Position numbers and translations under genes: made by a program. 60,135 nucleotides of DNA. Source: Gnetum montanum (Eukaryota > Plantae > Gnetophyta). Of the stretch, positions 13,020 through 25,199 are shown in pieces (within the stretch, counting starts at the first letter, position 1; the number at the start of each line of letters is the position of its first letter). The DNA lies in assembly GCA_015680685.1 (NCBI GenBank), contig MNCI01000286.1, positions 157,582 through 217,716 of the forward strand. Reading direction: 5' to 3'. The notes beneath the pieces were generated by a model. That model worked only from the letters and a program-made list of their open reading frames with translations, was not told where the DNA came from and ran no database searches.

Positions 13020-14050
13020 AAGATTTAAGCAATATGCTACTTCACTAATTCTTTTAGAGATTTCAAAAGGTCCACAATATCTAGGTGCTAATTTAGTATA
13101 TTTTCCATGTTTAAGAGAACTTTTGGTAGGTTTTACTCTCAACAGTACTTGATCCTCTACTTGGAATTCTTTTTTAAGTTAGTGTTGATCTGCATGTCCT
13201 TTATAGTTATATTAGGTAGCTTGTAAATTTTATTTAAATCTTGTGATAATGTTTTCCATTATTTTCATTTCTTCTTCCTTGCATTCTATTCTTAAGGTTG
13301 GATCCACCTAGGTTGGTGGTGTATGACAATTATGTCCATACACTACTTTGAATGGTATTCAATGTATGGAACCTTGATAATTTTTATTATAGGAAAATCC
13401 TACTAGGTGCAAATAATTCTCCCACATTTTTTTTCTATACCTAACATAGCTTCGTAGGATATCTTCTAATATTTTATTCACATGCTCAATTTTCCCGTCA
13501 ATCTCAAGGTGGTAAGCTATGCTAAATTTCAACTAGGTTCCAAGCTCTCTAAAGAAATTTTTCCAAAATTTAGATATGAACTTGGGATCTCTGTTTGAGT
13601 GACAGATTTTGGACAACAATGCAATCAAAATACTTCACATATGGATTTTTCGGCTACTTCTTCTGTTGTGTTTGTAGATTTCAAAGTTATAAAATGTGTC
13701 ATCTTTGATAGATGATCAACCACTATGAAAATTAAATCATTTTCCTTTTTAGTTATTGGTAATCCCACAATGAAATCCACAGTGACATCTTCCCATTTCC
13801 AAGTTGGGACTTCCATAGGTTATAATAACCCTCTAGGTTTTCTCTGTTCAACTTTTATTTTTTGGCATGTTGGATAATTTTTAATGTATGAGGACATATC
13901 ATTCTTCATTCTAAGCCAAAAATAAGATTTCATATCATCATATAGGTCTTAATATAACTTGGGTCCTGCATATGGCACTTCATGTGCTTCACACAACAAC
14001 CTTAGTCTCCAATTTCCTTTTGGTAGGCACACTCTTTGTCCTTTCATCAA
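13020..14050 (-). pseudogene. Gypsy integrase remnant
   Basis: WKWEDVTVDFIVGLP...VVDHLSKMTHF (13625-13816); KLAPRYCGPFEI...VAY near 13030-13100. Confidence 0.9.
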
Positions 14051-14189
14051 TAAACCATTGGAGGTAAGTTGATATTGAGGCTTGAAGAAAATATTAGTTA
14101 AAATCGTCTTAAAATAAGGGTCTTCTTTTATTTTTTCCTTGATTTCTTATTTCATAGGGATCATTACCACACTTATCATTAAGTTCCAT

Positions 14190-15480
14190 ATTTGACTAAG
14201 GGCATTGGCTATCACATTTTTCTTATTGGGGATATATTTGATTTCAAAATCATATTCAACCAATAATTCTACCCATCACCTTTGACAAGTATTTAAAATA
14301 GGCTATCTCTATAAATATTTTGAACTTTTATGATTTGTTTTTAGTACAGACCTTTTTCCACAAATATAATATCTCCAAGCTTTCAAAGCATGGACAATTG
14401 CTAGCAATTCTAAATCATGGGTTGAGTAATTTACCTCAGCTCCTTGTAATTTATGAGATTCATAACATACCACCTTATCTTCTTGTGAAAGAACTACACT
14501 AATTTTTATTCCATAGGCATACATGGATACTTCATATGGTAATTCTTCATCCAAAATTCTTAGAATAGCTGTTATTGTAAGTAGCATCTTTAATATGAGG
14601 AAAGCTTCACTGGATTTTTCATCAAATTTAAACACATGTTTCTCCTATAAAAGGTTAGTTAATGGGGCTACCAAGGTAGCATAAGCTTTAATGAAATGTT
14701 GATAAAAACCAACTAAACCCAAGAAGCTATGAATTACTATAACATATTTTAATTTAGGCTAGTCCCAAATCGCACTAATTTTTGCTAAATCTACTTGCAA
14801 TCCTTTCTTAAAAACTATATGACCTAAGTATGAAACTTCTTCCTTAAAGAGTTCATATTTACTCAATTTAGCTTTAACTAATGCTCTTTAAGAATTTCCA
14901 TTATAATTTTCAAATGTTTGACATGTTCTTCTCTGAACTTAGAATAAACAAGTATATCATCCATAAATACTATACCAAATTGATCAAGATATTCATGAAA
15001 AATATTATTCATTAATTCCATGAATGTTGTAGGTGCATTAGTTAATCCAAATGGCATCACAACAAATTTTTATAATCCATACCTGGTTCTGAAAGTAGTT
15101 TTCTCAATATCTTTCTTCTTGATCCTTATTTGGTGATAACCTAATTTTAAATCAATCTTTGAAAAGTAACATGTACTTGTAAGTTGATCAAAAAAATCAT
15201 CAATACTAGGCAAAGGACAAGTATTTTTAGTCGTCACTTTGTTAAATTCTCTATAATTGATGCATAATCTTAGCATAACATCTCTCTTTTTAACGAATAA
15301 GATTGGTGCACCCCAAGGTGATACACTAGGTTGAATTTTCTCTTCTTCCAATAATTGGTCTAATTGTACTTTTATTTCTCTTAATTCAGAAGTAGAAAAT
15401 CTATAAGAGGCTTTTCAAATAGATTGTGTACCTGGAAAAATATCAATAGCATGCTCAATAGTTCTTTTTGGAGGTAGTTC
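14190..15480 (-). pseudogene. Gypsy reverse transcriptase plus RNase H remnant
   Basis: [45 protein letters not shown]; RNase H NYSTHDLELLAIVHALKAWRYY. Confidence 0.95.
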
Positions 15481-15548
15481 TCTCATTTCACCAAATACTG
15501 AATCTTTATACTCCTTAGTTCTTTTGGAATCTTAGTACCTAAAGATCT

Positions 15549-16010
15549 CTAAGGTTGGGTTACTTTGACAACCAACATCGTAGCACCCTTTTTGACTAAT
15601 TTCTTAGCTTGCTTAATGGTTATTGTATGGATTTTCCTTGTTGTTCCTACCCCCTTTAGAACACTGATTCCATTAGTGGTTGGGAATTTTAAAATACAAG
15701 TTTCAAAGTGGGCAATAATATCAAATTTTTGTAGGAAAGACATTCCTAAAATTACATCAACATTGCCTAGTTCAAATTCAAAGAATTCATCAATGAAAGG
15801 CATGTTTTGCAAAGTAAAGTTAATTTCTCCATGCCTAGTATGCTTGCTCATGATCATTCCATCTGCCAATTTTATCTTAAAAATTTTCTTAAAAGGTAAA
15901 ATTAATTTCAATAAATTAATTAACTTTGAAGAAATAAAGTTATCACTGGCACCACTATCAATCAAAAATTTAATTTGTTTACCTTTAATTGAACCTTCAA
16001 AAATCAATAA
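15549..16010 (-). pseudogene. Retropepsin aspartic protease remnant
   Basis: FLIDSGASDNFIS and DVILGMSFL motifs. Confidence 0.9.
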
Positions 16011-16099
16011 AACAAATCAAAATTTATGCAAACCTAATGTAGTTGATGCAAATACCTTCTTCATAGCTATGATGTGATTGGAATTTTTCCTTTGTTCAT

Positions 16100-17330
16100 A
16101 TTTGGGTTGGGTTTTAGATTCCTAATTTGGTTGGTCCTTTGTAATTTTATTCACAATTTTGGACAATCTCATTTGAAATGATCTTCACCACAAACAAAAC
16201 ATCCTGATCCATATCAAGCTCTTTTAGTTGGTGTTTCCTCTATTATTTCTTGTGGAAAGGTGGTTTGTCAAAGAGTTTTTTGTTGAAGGATAGCTCATAT
16301 CTGATTTGATTCCTCATAATCCTTAGCGATTCTATATGCTTCATCAATAGTTTGAGCATTATGAGCTTGTGTTTAGGGATGTAGTTGAGCATGTAGTCCA
16401 CTAATGAATTTTGAAACTAATTCTCCCTCATCTTGATGGCTTACATACCAAGAAAGATCATAGAATTCCTTATAGTAATCTTCTACAAATTGCTTTCCCA
16501 ATCTTAAGGAATCAAATCTCATTTTACGCTCTTTGAGGAAAGAATTGGGTACAAATTTTTGTTCAAAATCTAAATAGAAATTAAGCCAATTTGTAATCAA
16601 ACCTTGAGATCTCAGTCCATTCCACCATGTTGCCACAAGTCCTCTTAAATACAAGGAGATAACTTCTAAATGTTCATGACTTGATAAATTCAACATATTG
16701 AAGTAGTTTTTAATTATATTAAGCCAATTCTTTGCCTTGGCACTAGATCCAGGAGCTCCATCATAATGATCTAATGTTACTTTCTTGGCATGAATTTGTG
16801 TTAGCAATTCTCTAGGTGGATTAAGCTAGTTCCCATATCGCTCACCTTTGGTTTCTACTCTATAGCCTAAAGGAGGGATTTTGGTATCTTTTCCATTAGT
16901 AGGTGGCGGTTGTTTTTTGTATGGATCCCTAGGGGAAGGTGAGTAGGAATTGAAGGCTGAGTAAGATGGTCAGTTAATTACTTGATAGAGTCTGCAAAGG
17001 AATCCATATTTCCTTACACATCTAACCATTTATCCTTTGAATTATGGGATAATTTTCTTATTTCCTTAGACATATTTTGCATCTCTATCCTAAACTTCTG
17101 ATTTGATTGATGAAGCTCTTCTTGAACATCACTAATCTCATTAATTTGATCTTCAAGGGCATTCATCTAGTCTTTGACTTGGGCCTTCATTTCTCTCTAA
17201 TTTATTCCTTGGATTTTTAACATCATTAAGTTGAAGAAATTAGGTATATTGATAATCCTTAGCTTCTATGGCCCTTTTTATGGGTCTTGAAATAGTTAAT
17301 CAATTACAGAAGAAGTTGAAACTGTCATGG
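16100..17330 (-). pseudogene. Gypsy gag remnant
   Basis: Retrotransposon gag-like ORF 16373-16807 (LYLRGLVATWW...FEQKF); zinc knuckle GCFVCGEDHFK*DCP near 16160-16205. Confidence 0.85.
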
Positions 17331-17532
17331 ATTTGTCAAATCCTAATTATTTTTGGAACCTTAAACAATGGATTAAAATGCTAATTTTCTATAATCCAAA
17401 AGCTAAATCTAATAGTTCCATTGAGTTTGGAAGGTTCAAATCTATTGGAATCGATTTTTGTTTAGTTGAAAATGGACTCCAAATTCAGAAGTTATAGTTA
17501 TTTCAAATTTATAAAACTTGCACATTTTTCAA

Positions 17533-17585
17533 GACTTTCCAGGAGGTCACCCATCCCAGTTCTACTCTAGAACAAGCATGCTTAA
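17533..17585 (-). promoter_or_regulatory. 5S rRNA-derived fragment covering the internal control region (A box-IE-C box)
   Basis: Minus strand TTAAGCATGCTTGTTCTAGAGTAGAACTGGGATGGGTGACCTCCTGGAAAGTC versus plant 5S as recalled, TTAAGCGTGCTTGGGCGAGAGTAGTACTAGGATGGGTGACCTCCTGGGAAGTC (46/53 by manual alignment). The 5S 5' and 3' ends are absent. Confidence 0.9.
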
Positions 17586-17896
17586 TGATGAAGGTTTTAT
17601 CCCCCTTGTTACCAAGGCACCAATTTGAATTTTTGAAAATAATCATACATGTTTTTAATTTAAATAAACAATTACGAAAAAATAATTAAAAAAAATTTCT
17701 ATTAGCTGACGAGAATTTCAATTTTTCTCGTCTATAGACAAACTTTTTTTTTACTACACGAACGATGGCTATTCCAAGGTCCACATGGCCCTCCTCTCCT
17801 CTGGGCCAGTGTAGCCTACTTCAAGGGTTCGTGCAACCCTCCTCAGGGCTAACACAACCTATCTCAAGGTCCATGCAATCCTTAATAAGGCATGTA

Positions 17897-18000
17897 CAGC
17901 CCATCTTAGGGCCTACATAGCCCATCACTAGGCTAGTGTGGCCCATCTTAGGGCCTACATAGCCCATCACTAGGCCAACACAGCCCATCTCAGGGCCTAT
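17897..18000. repeat. 21-bp-period tandem repeat with GCCCATC core, in a GC-richer repeat block (17780-18540)
   Basis: GCCCATC at 17899, 17920, 17941, 17962, 17983, followed by ggtggtttatgg-type repeats. Confidence 0.85.
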
Positions 18001-18879
18001 GCAACTTTTGCATGTGTTTGATGGAGAGGCGATTTCTAGCGATGTCCAGAGAGATGGTTTATGGCAGCACAAGAGGTGGTTTATGGTGGCATAGGAGGTC
18101 ATTTATGACGATGTGGGAGGTGGCTTATGATAGCACAAGAGGTGGTTTGTTGTGGCACAGGAGGTAGTTTGTGGTGGCAAATGCATAGCACTGCACAATG
18201 GCAGGCATGCAGCAACAAACAGTGGGCAAGCAATGGTGAGCATCAATGCGTGACAATGGTAGCAAGTGCACAACAATGGGTAATGTAATATTGGGTAGTG
18301 AGGCAACAAATGGCAAAAGGCAAGCATGGTGGAAGATGGCAAAAGGTGCAGGTGCAATGTAGTTGAAGGTGGTAGAAGATGCAAGCATAATGTGTAGTGT
18401 TGGATTGCCTTTGGGGCTAGCCCAAGGACCAATCCCTCTATAGTGTGGTAGATGCTTTGCTACTATCCCAGATGGGCTTGCCAACCCCTGTCGTGATTTG
18501 CAATAAGGGCCTATCACAGCCTTGGCCACTAGGGCCAAAAATATTTTTAATTTATATATATATATATAATGTTTTTTTATTTATAAGAAAGTTTTTTTTG
18601 AGCTAGAAATTGAACTTGAGACCTCTAGCCCCTCTTTTTTTTTAAGTTAAAATTTAAAATTTAAAGATTTGAAAAAAAAAACTTTTTTAATTTTAAACTA
18701 CACATAACCTAGGAATTACTATATCTTTTAAAACTGTAAGTCCAATTTTGATGAAATTGGTATCGTTGGAATCATTTCGGAGAGCACTTTGAGTTAAGTT
18801 AGAGATCATTTTATTTTAGTGAACCTAGAAATCACAAAATCAGAAAAAGTAAACATTATCTTCTTTATAAAGTGAATGT

Positions 18880-21459
18880 TGGCTTTATCAAATCTTTGAT
18901 TAACTTAAGTTAAAACTTCCTCTTTACTTCTACTAAGATTTTTATGGTTGTATTATAAATATGAGAAGAAGACTTTGCTCATCATAATTCAATATCAATA
19001 GAAGATTGAAGGATTTTATTAGCAGCAGAAGATTGAAGGATTTTATCAGTGGAGAAGCTTGAATATTTTCTACTATCAAAGGATTATAACCATCTTCATC
19101 ATGGTTCCCAAGCGTTAAGCTTCACCTCTACCTCAAGTCTTTTAAGTAGCTCTCAATCGACCATTATTGTTTTACATCAAAATAATGTACTCTTTGCTTT
19201 CAATTATGTTTGTAGCTTACTTGAAAAGGAAGGGTTTTAGTACCTTACAACTTCTAGGTTATCTAATTTACTTATCTTTCCCATTTTTAAACTTTCATAT
19301 TGCAAAGGCATTCTCATGGAATAGTGTAAATAGTATAATAGTAAGAAAAGTTCTACTTACTAGTTAGTTTTTGGAATAATAGCAATCCTTCTTTCTAATA
19401 TTCAAATAGCGTTAGGTTTTCAGCAATGAGAGGATCCTTTAATTCCATTAGCTTTCTCCCCAAAATTTAAATCATTTTGCAAAAAGGAATTATTTGATTA
19501 TGTTATTGATTATACTCTTGGCAAAAGCCAATTTTTTCATAGAGGTTTCATTAATAAGGTTTACTTTGATTTATGTCTACTTATTTCTAGCAAGGTTTTG
19601 TGATATAAACAACAATCCCATCTTAATTCTTATTCTATTTACATATTTCATGGTGCCATAACTGGTAGAATTTATGACTGGTCATTCTCTTGTTTCTTTG
19701 CTTGGTATAATGCCATGGCTGGATTTACTAATATTAGAAAAATCCTACCAAATCTTATGCGCTATGTTGCGTACCCTTCTTCATGTGTTTGATCCTAAGT
19801 TATGATCATCCAAATAAACGTTTTAGTCGTTACAATCCTTGATTATGCCCTAAATTTCTCGAAGATGAGTTATAGGAAGTAAGATTGTGGGTGCCAAGAC
19901 AGGTTAGCTAGCTTTACCGCATGCTCAAAATCAAGAGGAAATCAATGAGATATTTTTATGTATTTATTATTTTTTTGTTCTTGATTATGTCTTTTTTATA
20001 GGAAGTAAGATTGTGGGTGCCAAGAAAGGTCAGCTAACTTTACAACATGCTCAGAATTTGGAGGAAATCAACAAGGTATTTTTATGTATTTATTGTTTCC
20101 TTGTTGTTGATTATGTCTTTATTTTATGTATTTGACAGTGCAATCTATGTTGTAGAATGAACCGATTTAGATTTCCTAGGCTAGAGCTACACAGACTAAA
20201 GAAGTTTAAGGTACTTTGATTTTTGGTACAGTTCAATCACAAGAATAAATCACACTTTCTACTCCTAAGGTATATATTTAAATACACACACACAATAACT
20301 TAGTTTAATATCTTATATGTTTTTCTAATAAATTTCTTTTTCTTTTTGCAAAGGCAACATACTAGGTAAAGTTCTAGTGGTCTAGTAGTTATAAGACAAC
20401 AAGCCCAACAGTAGGCTCAACAACCACCTTAACAAACTTGACAAAGTACAAGACAAGATAAGGGAAAGCAACCATAGGTAAGTTTTAATTATTAAATGGT
20501 TTGAATACTTCCCTCTTTCCTTTGTATAATGTTCATTTTTGTGTTGCAAATTTCTATGGAGTGACAATACTTTATCCAAGAGATGGATAGAGATGATGCA
20601 GGTACCACTTCTAAACAAACTTCCATTCTTCCATCTAGATCACCAAGCATGGCTCCTTTTTCTGCAACGCCTATCATGCCTCCTTTTTTTTTTTCTTTTT
20701 TTTTCTTTTTTGCAACACCTATAAGAGGTTCCCTTTAATAAGCAACATCAACACCACTTCCTGAGTCTATTCCAGTGGTTTCTTCTTTCTCTATCTCGAG
20801 TTCTTCGTATTTGATGGGGCAAATAGTGGTGGCTACTGAAAAAGAACTCATGCCTCTTCAGCGTATTAGTCAACAAATTTCTGATAATAAATTTTATTCT
20901 ATTCAAGAGAATTTTTACCACTTATGGGAGTCTCAATCATGCAACTTCAAGGTAGATTATGATTTAATATAGGCTGGAGTTTCATCATCTTTGCATCCAA
21001 TTCTCGAGGATGCTCCAAATGTTGTAAAAGATCTAGAGCAACTCTTAGGAGAATTGGAGAGTGCAACATGCTATACTTGCCATTTGGAGACTTATGAACA
21101 GTTCCTTCAAATTGACAATGATTGATTTTAAGTAAATACTTATTTTTTTCACTCTTCCATTTTTCTTGATTTATTCATAACTCATAATTTAAGTCTTCTT
21201 TATGCAGATAAAAGAGAAGGAATGACAAAAGGACATGGATGATCGATCAATACAAATGGATATGTTGAGGACCCAACTTAAAAGAAAGGAGGAATCAGTA
21301 GTTGCAATAAGACGTGCAATTGAGTACATCAAACAATTGTATGATGGATTAGCTGAATGTAAGGTAGTGCTTAGCAAGAAGAATGCCACTGATGAAGAAA
21401 GGGAAGCATAATTGAAGATAGTCATAAATCTCCTTGAATCGTTCAATCACAACAAATGA
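18880..21459 (+). pseudogene. Antisense, intron-containing accessory gene inside the gypsy 5' leader
   Basis: AT-rich intron candidates 20076-20138, 20270-20353, 21132-21207 and a GTAAGT donor at 20478. The last exon 21208-21459 reads as a coiled coil (DMLRTQLKRKEESVVAIRRAIEYIKQLYDGLAEC) with two stops explicable by C>T change. ~19380-19780 reads LLISSKVL...FHGAITGRIYDWS. Confidence 0.6.
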
Positions 21460-21675
21460 TCACAGTTGTTCTACATCTTTCCAATGTTTTTCTTCTTTCC
21501 CCATTCTTCCTTTTATGTATTCTTCTTGGATGTACTTTCTCTTATTCTATTACATAATAAAATAATATAATATAATACTTTTATTCCATTTTGGCATTTT
21601 GCTTAGATATACTTGTGTTTTACAATAATAATAAAATAATTTTTTTCTTCTACTTTTGCTCCTAAATCGTGGTTT

Positions 21676-21687
21676 GCTCTGATACTA
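21676..21687 (-). promoter_or_regulatory. Primer binding site, initiator tRNA-Met
   Basis: TAGTATCAGAGC (canonical TGGTATCAGAGC), 2 nt from the LTR end. Confidence 0.85.
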
Positions 21688-21689
21688 AA

Positions 21690-22181
21690 TGTGACATCCC
21701 ATTTCTAGATGTTGTAAAAATATGATCACTTAATTTGCCGCATTCATTGTTTTCTTAAATAATATAATGGAAACATCATAAATTCTTAATAAATAAATTA
21801 ATTGGTACTATGAAATTAAAAAGAGGAAAATGAAAAATTTTATTAATAGGAGAGAGTGTGGTAACACCTTTGGGTTATCTTCCTATGCCACTTAAGCCTT
21901 AAAGGCAATCTAGCACTACCACCATAGTTAGGCTATCCAACTAAAGGGGTGATTAGTCCCTTATTTTCCTACTTCACCTGGCTCCCATCACTTGCCTTTC
22001 CCAGCTCCGTAACTCCATACTAGCATGACCTCTAAACTTGACCTTAAATGGTATAGGTCAAACCCTTTCCCAAGGGATACATGAATAATCATAACTCCTC
22101 ATAATGAGGTGCCCCTTCATTTGAAGGTTAATTACATTATTTACAATTATTTCCATCTTTAACAAGGGACAGGACATTACA
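21690..22181 (-). mobile_element. 5' LTR (~490 bp) of the chromovirus-type element
   Basis: Termini TGTGACATCC...GGACATTACA (imperfect inverted repeat, differences consistent with CpG decay), adjacent to the PBS. Confidence 0.75.
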
Positions 22182-24639
22182 CTAATCCTAGAATACATGA
22201 AGATGATGATTTTGAAGTATCGAGAAATCTATAAACTAGTGGAATTCTATGAACTTGGTGTATGGGATGATTTCAGAGATGCCAAGATGAGTTCTAACAT
22301 TGTCAGTATCCTATACTTAGTCAAAAATATCCATTTTTTAAGTTTTGAAAAACTTGCAAAAGAGTTCTAATTCTAGAATCCTAAAGTGCTAAAACTACTA
22401 CCCATGAGTCATTTTGGCCCCAGGGATCCATGGTGCATATTAAAATACATTTTCAATAAGTTTCAGGAGTTTTAACAATGGTGATGCTAATGCTAATATC
22501 AATGTTAATGCTAATGTAGCATCAGTAATAATAAAACTTACAAAAATTTTGGACTTTTTAAAGAATTCTCCAAAGCTTTTGGAATTAATGCTAAAAAGTC
22601 AGGATGTGATCCTAAATGATCCTTAGAGGCCTTTGAATGCCAAAAATATAGGCATTTTATGTTGTTGTATCAAAGAAACCCCCCATCACCTCTAACACTT
22701 AAAAATTTTTATCCTAGGGGTCTTTGTGTCAAACTATCAAATTTACCAAATGCAAACTTTGTGATATCAAGGAAGCTTAAGATGTACCATTTGGGATTCC
22801 ACATAATGTAGAATCCATAATAGCTCCAACACTTAGAAAAATCTTGGTTTTAAATTTTTTCAAGGATTATGGAAAATTAAGTACATAAGTTGGATTATAA
22901 ATACAAATGATTCTTGATAGTCCCAAGGAGCTAAGAATCTTCCTTGTGATGGTTTACTTGGAGGATTTGATGCTTAAATCCTCATCGAAAAATTATAAAA
23001 CTACATTTAGTTTTGATTCAAAGCAAACTAAAAAAGTGGTTATAACATTGCCACCTCTCAATGGATGTTGCTAAGGTATCGAAGGAGGATCCATCAAGAA
23101 GATATCAAATACTAAATTAATGTACCTACAAAAGAGAAAAATATGGAAAGAACAAAGGGGAAGAAGGGGAAAATATCAAGATATCACTAGTACACCAATC
23201 ATGAGGGTGATGCTATGCTACAAAAAGAGGACATAACTAAATCCTACACTCAAGATGGCTAAAAGGATGTCATTTATGATATTCACATTGTGTCCCACTT
23301 ATGCCCTTAACATACCCATACCAAAATAGAGAAAGTTTCTCAATTCTTACTAAATGTGCTGATAAGAAAAAAGGGAATGAGATTAGAAGGATGATTAGAA
23401 GAAAAAATAGAGATGTGAGAGAGAAGAGATGAAAAATATACTTACAAAATTAAGAAAATAATAAAACTAGGAAAAGGAATGAGGAGCATCACCTATACAC
23501 CAAGACAAGATGCTATGCCACAGAAGGGTGACAGGACTAAATCCCATGCTCTCATGATTGTTGTTACTTAATATATTAATTTTCTCCATCTTCCACTCAC
23601 ACTCAACACACCCTCACATAGAGTTCAAATGGAAAAACACTCATTGCTCACTACATGGGGTAGATCATTAGTAAACATTCTCATCATAGTGTGCTATGGA
23701 TAAAAGTTATTAAAATGAGATAGAAAGAGATTGGGAAATGTAGACAAAACTCAATGGATGATATGGAAGAAAAATAGCAAAAAATAGAGAGAAAGAAAGA
23801 GGAAAAGTGAGATAGGGAGATGATTGAAAAATAGTAAAATAAAATGTAAATGATATGGGAAAGAGTTAGAGAAAACCTAACAATGCTTGATTTTTTTTCT
23901 TTTTTCTACCTTAAATATATTATTATTTGAGGTATGCACTATTCACCAAGTCTAGGTATTGATGCCCAACTTAATTGGCTAAGTAATATGGTCTATTGCT
24001 AAGGCTCTTGATGATGATGAAGGGGCCTTATCAATTTGGTGAGAACTTGGTTGTCTTGGCATTAGAAAAATGACTAACAATAAGCAAAATTATAAGTTAA
24101 AATTTATGAAAAAGAAAAAATTGAAAAACAAAAAAATAAAAACTCCACTAACAGTTCTAGGATTTAATTTAAACCATCTTTCTCATGACTTGGTTCAAAA
24201 AAGGAGATGCAAAAAATAAAATGGATTTTTGTAATTTTAATTAAATTTGTGGTGGTATTAAGGACATCTAAATTTGTGGTGGTATCATAATAAAATTCAC
24301 TACTAAAATGCTCTTAAGGCTTTCAAAAACAAGCTCTTCTATGGCAAAATTTTAATAGAAATTTCTATCATGCAACAAGAACAATAAGAGCAATCTAAAA
24401 ATCCCAAAATTACTTACCAAGCATGATATTATCTAAACCACTAGCTAAAAAATTTTAAAAAAATAAAAAAAATAAGCATAACTCACAGGACTATGAAAAA
24501 GAGGCTCAAATGTTGTCTTTAACAAGTCATCTTACAAGCAATCTTTCACAATGTCTTCTTTACAAATGCTTTGCCCTTCAACCACCGAGACCTAGAGCGA
24601 GACCCCCCTCCGAGACCCCTTCCTTCCTACCCTTGAAGC

Positions 24640-25000
24640 CTTTTTATAGTAACCTCAAGGTAGTTACAATCATCTTGAGAAGGTGAGGTAAGTTACAAAC
24701 ATTATAAATGGTTATAACCACCATAGAGATAAGAAAATCTGTAGTTGACAAGTGTCCCATTTAGTTGCCAAGTAGCCCATTCAGTTGCCAAGTGGTCACC
24801 ATGGAGATAAAAAAATTTGTAGTTGACAAGTGGCCTTTGTAGTGGTTATAACCACCATTTCAATTGAGAGGCTACAATTGTCATGAAATTACAACCTTTA
24901 TAGGAAATTTACAATGAAGCCAAGTATCGAGTGGTTGTATTTACCATAGGGTTAAATGTTTATAGGTGATGAATATTTTGTAGTTGCAACCACCATGATC
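24640..25000. repeat. Cluster of short repeats (agttg(a/c)caagt, ggttataaccaccat, gttacaa) next to a minus-strand TATA
   Basis: ccat(a/g)gagataa.aaa.t.tgtagttgacaagtg at ~24721 and ~24799; ggttataaccacca at 24710 and 24844; tttttatag at ~24641. Confidence 0.6.
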
Positions 25001-25199
25001 ATAATTGACAAATGTTCAATTCACATGGGACTTTGAATAGTTGTCCCATAACTTTATTTTCTTTTTTAAATCATAAAATATTTTATTGTTATTTAAATCA
25101 TAGTAATAGAGATAGTAACCATGGAGTTGATGCATACATGGATGGGTTGATATATAGCTATATATGTATGTGTGTAATATTTGTCCATCTTTCTTATGC

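Larger units (their letters stand above)
13010..22181 (-). mobile_element. Ty3/gypsy chromovirus-type LTR retrotransposon, 3'-truncated, degenerate
   Basis: 5' LTR, Met PBS, ~4.3 kb leader, then gag-PR-RT-RH-IN order. Ends just after the integrase GPF motif; no 3' LTR or chromodomain visible. Confidence 0.85.

Noticed and set aside
15565-16077. 170-aa plus-strand ORF and similar shadow ORFs (51803-52262, 48120-48558)
   Set aside because: Antisense shadows of the protease/pol regions.
17533-17585. Functional 5S rRNA gene or Cassandra TRIM
   Set aside because: Only ~53 nt match, the 5S termini are missing, and no paired short LTRs or PBS surround it.
17821-18538. Overlapping His/Cys/Pro-rich ORFs
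   Set aside because: Open frames arise from GC-rich tandem repeats; no domain signal.
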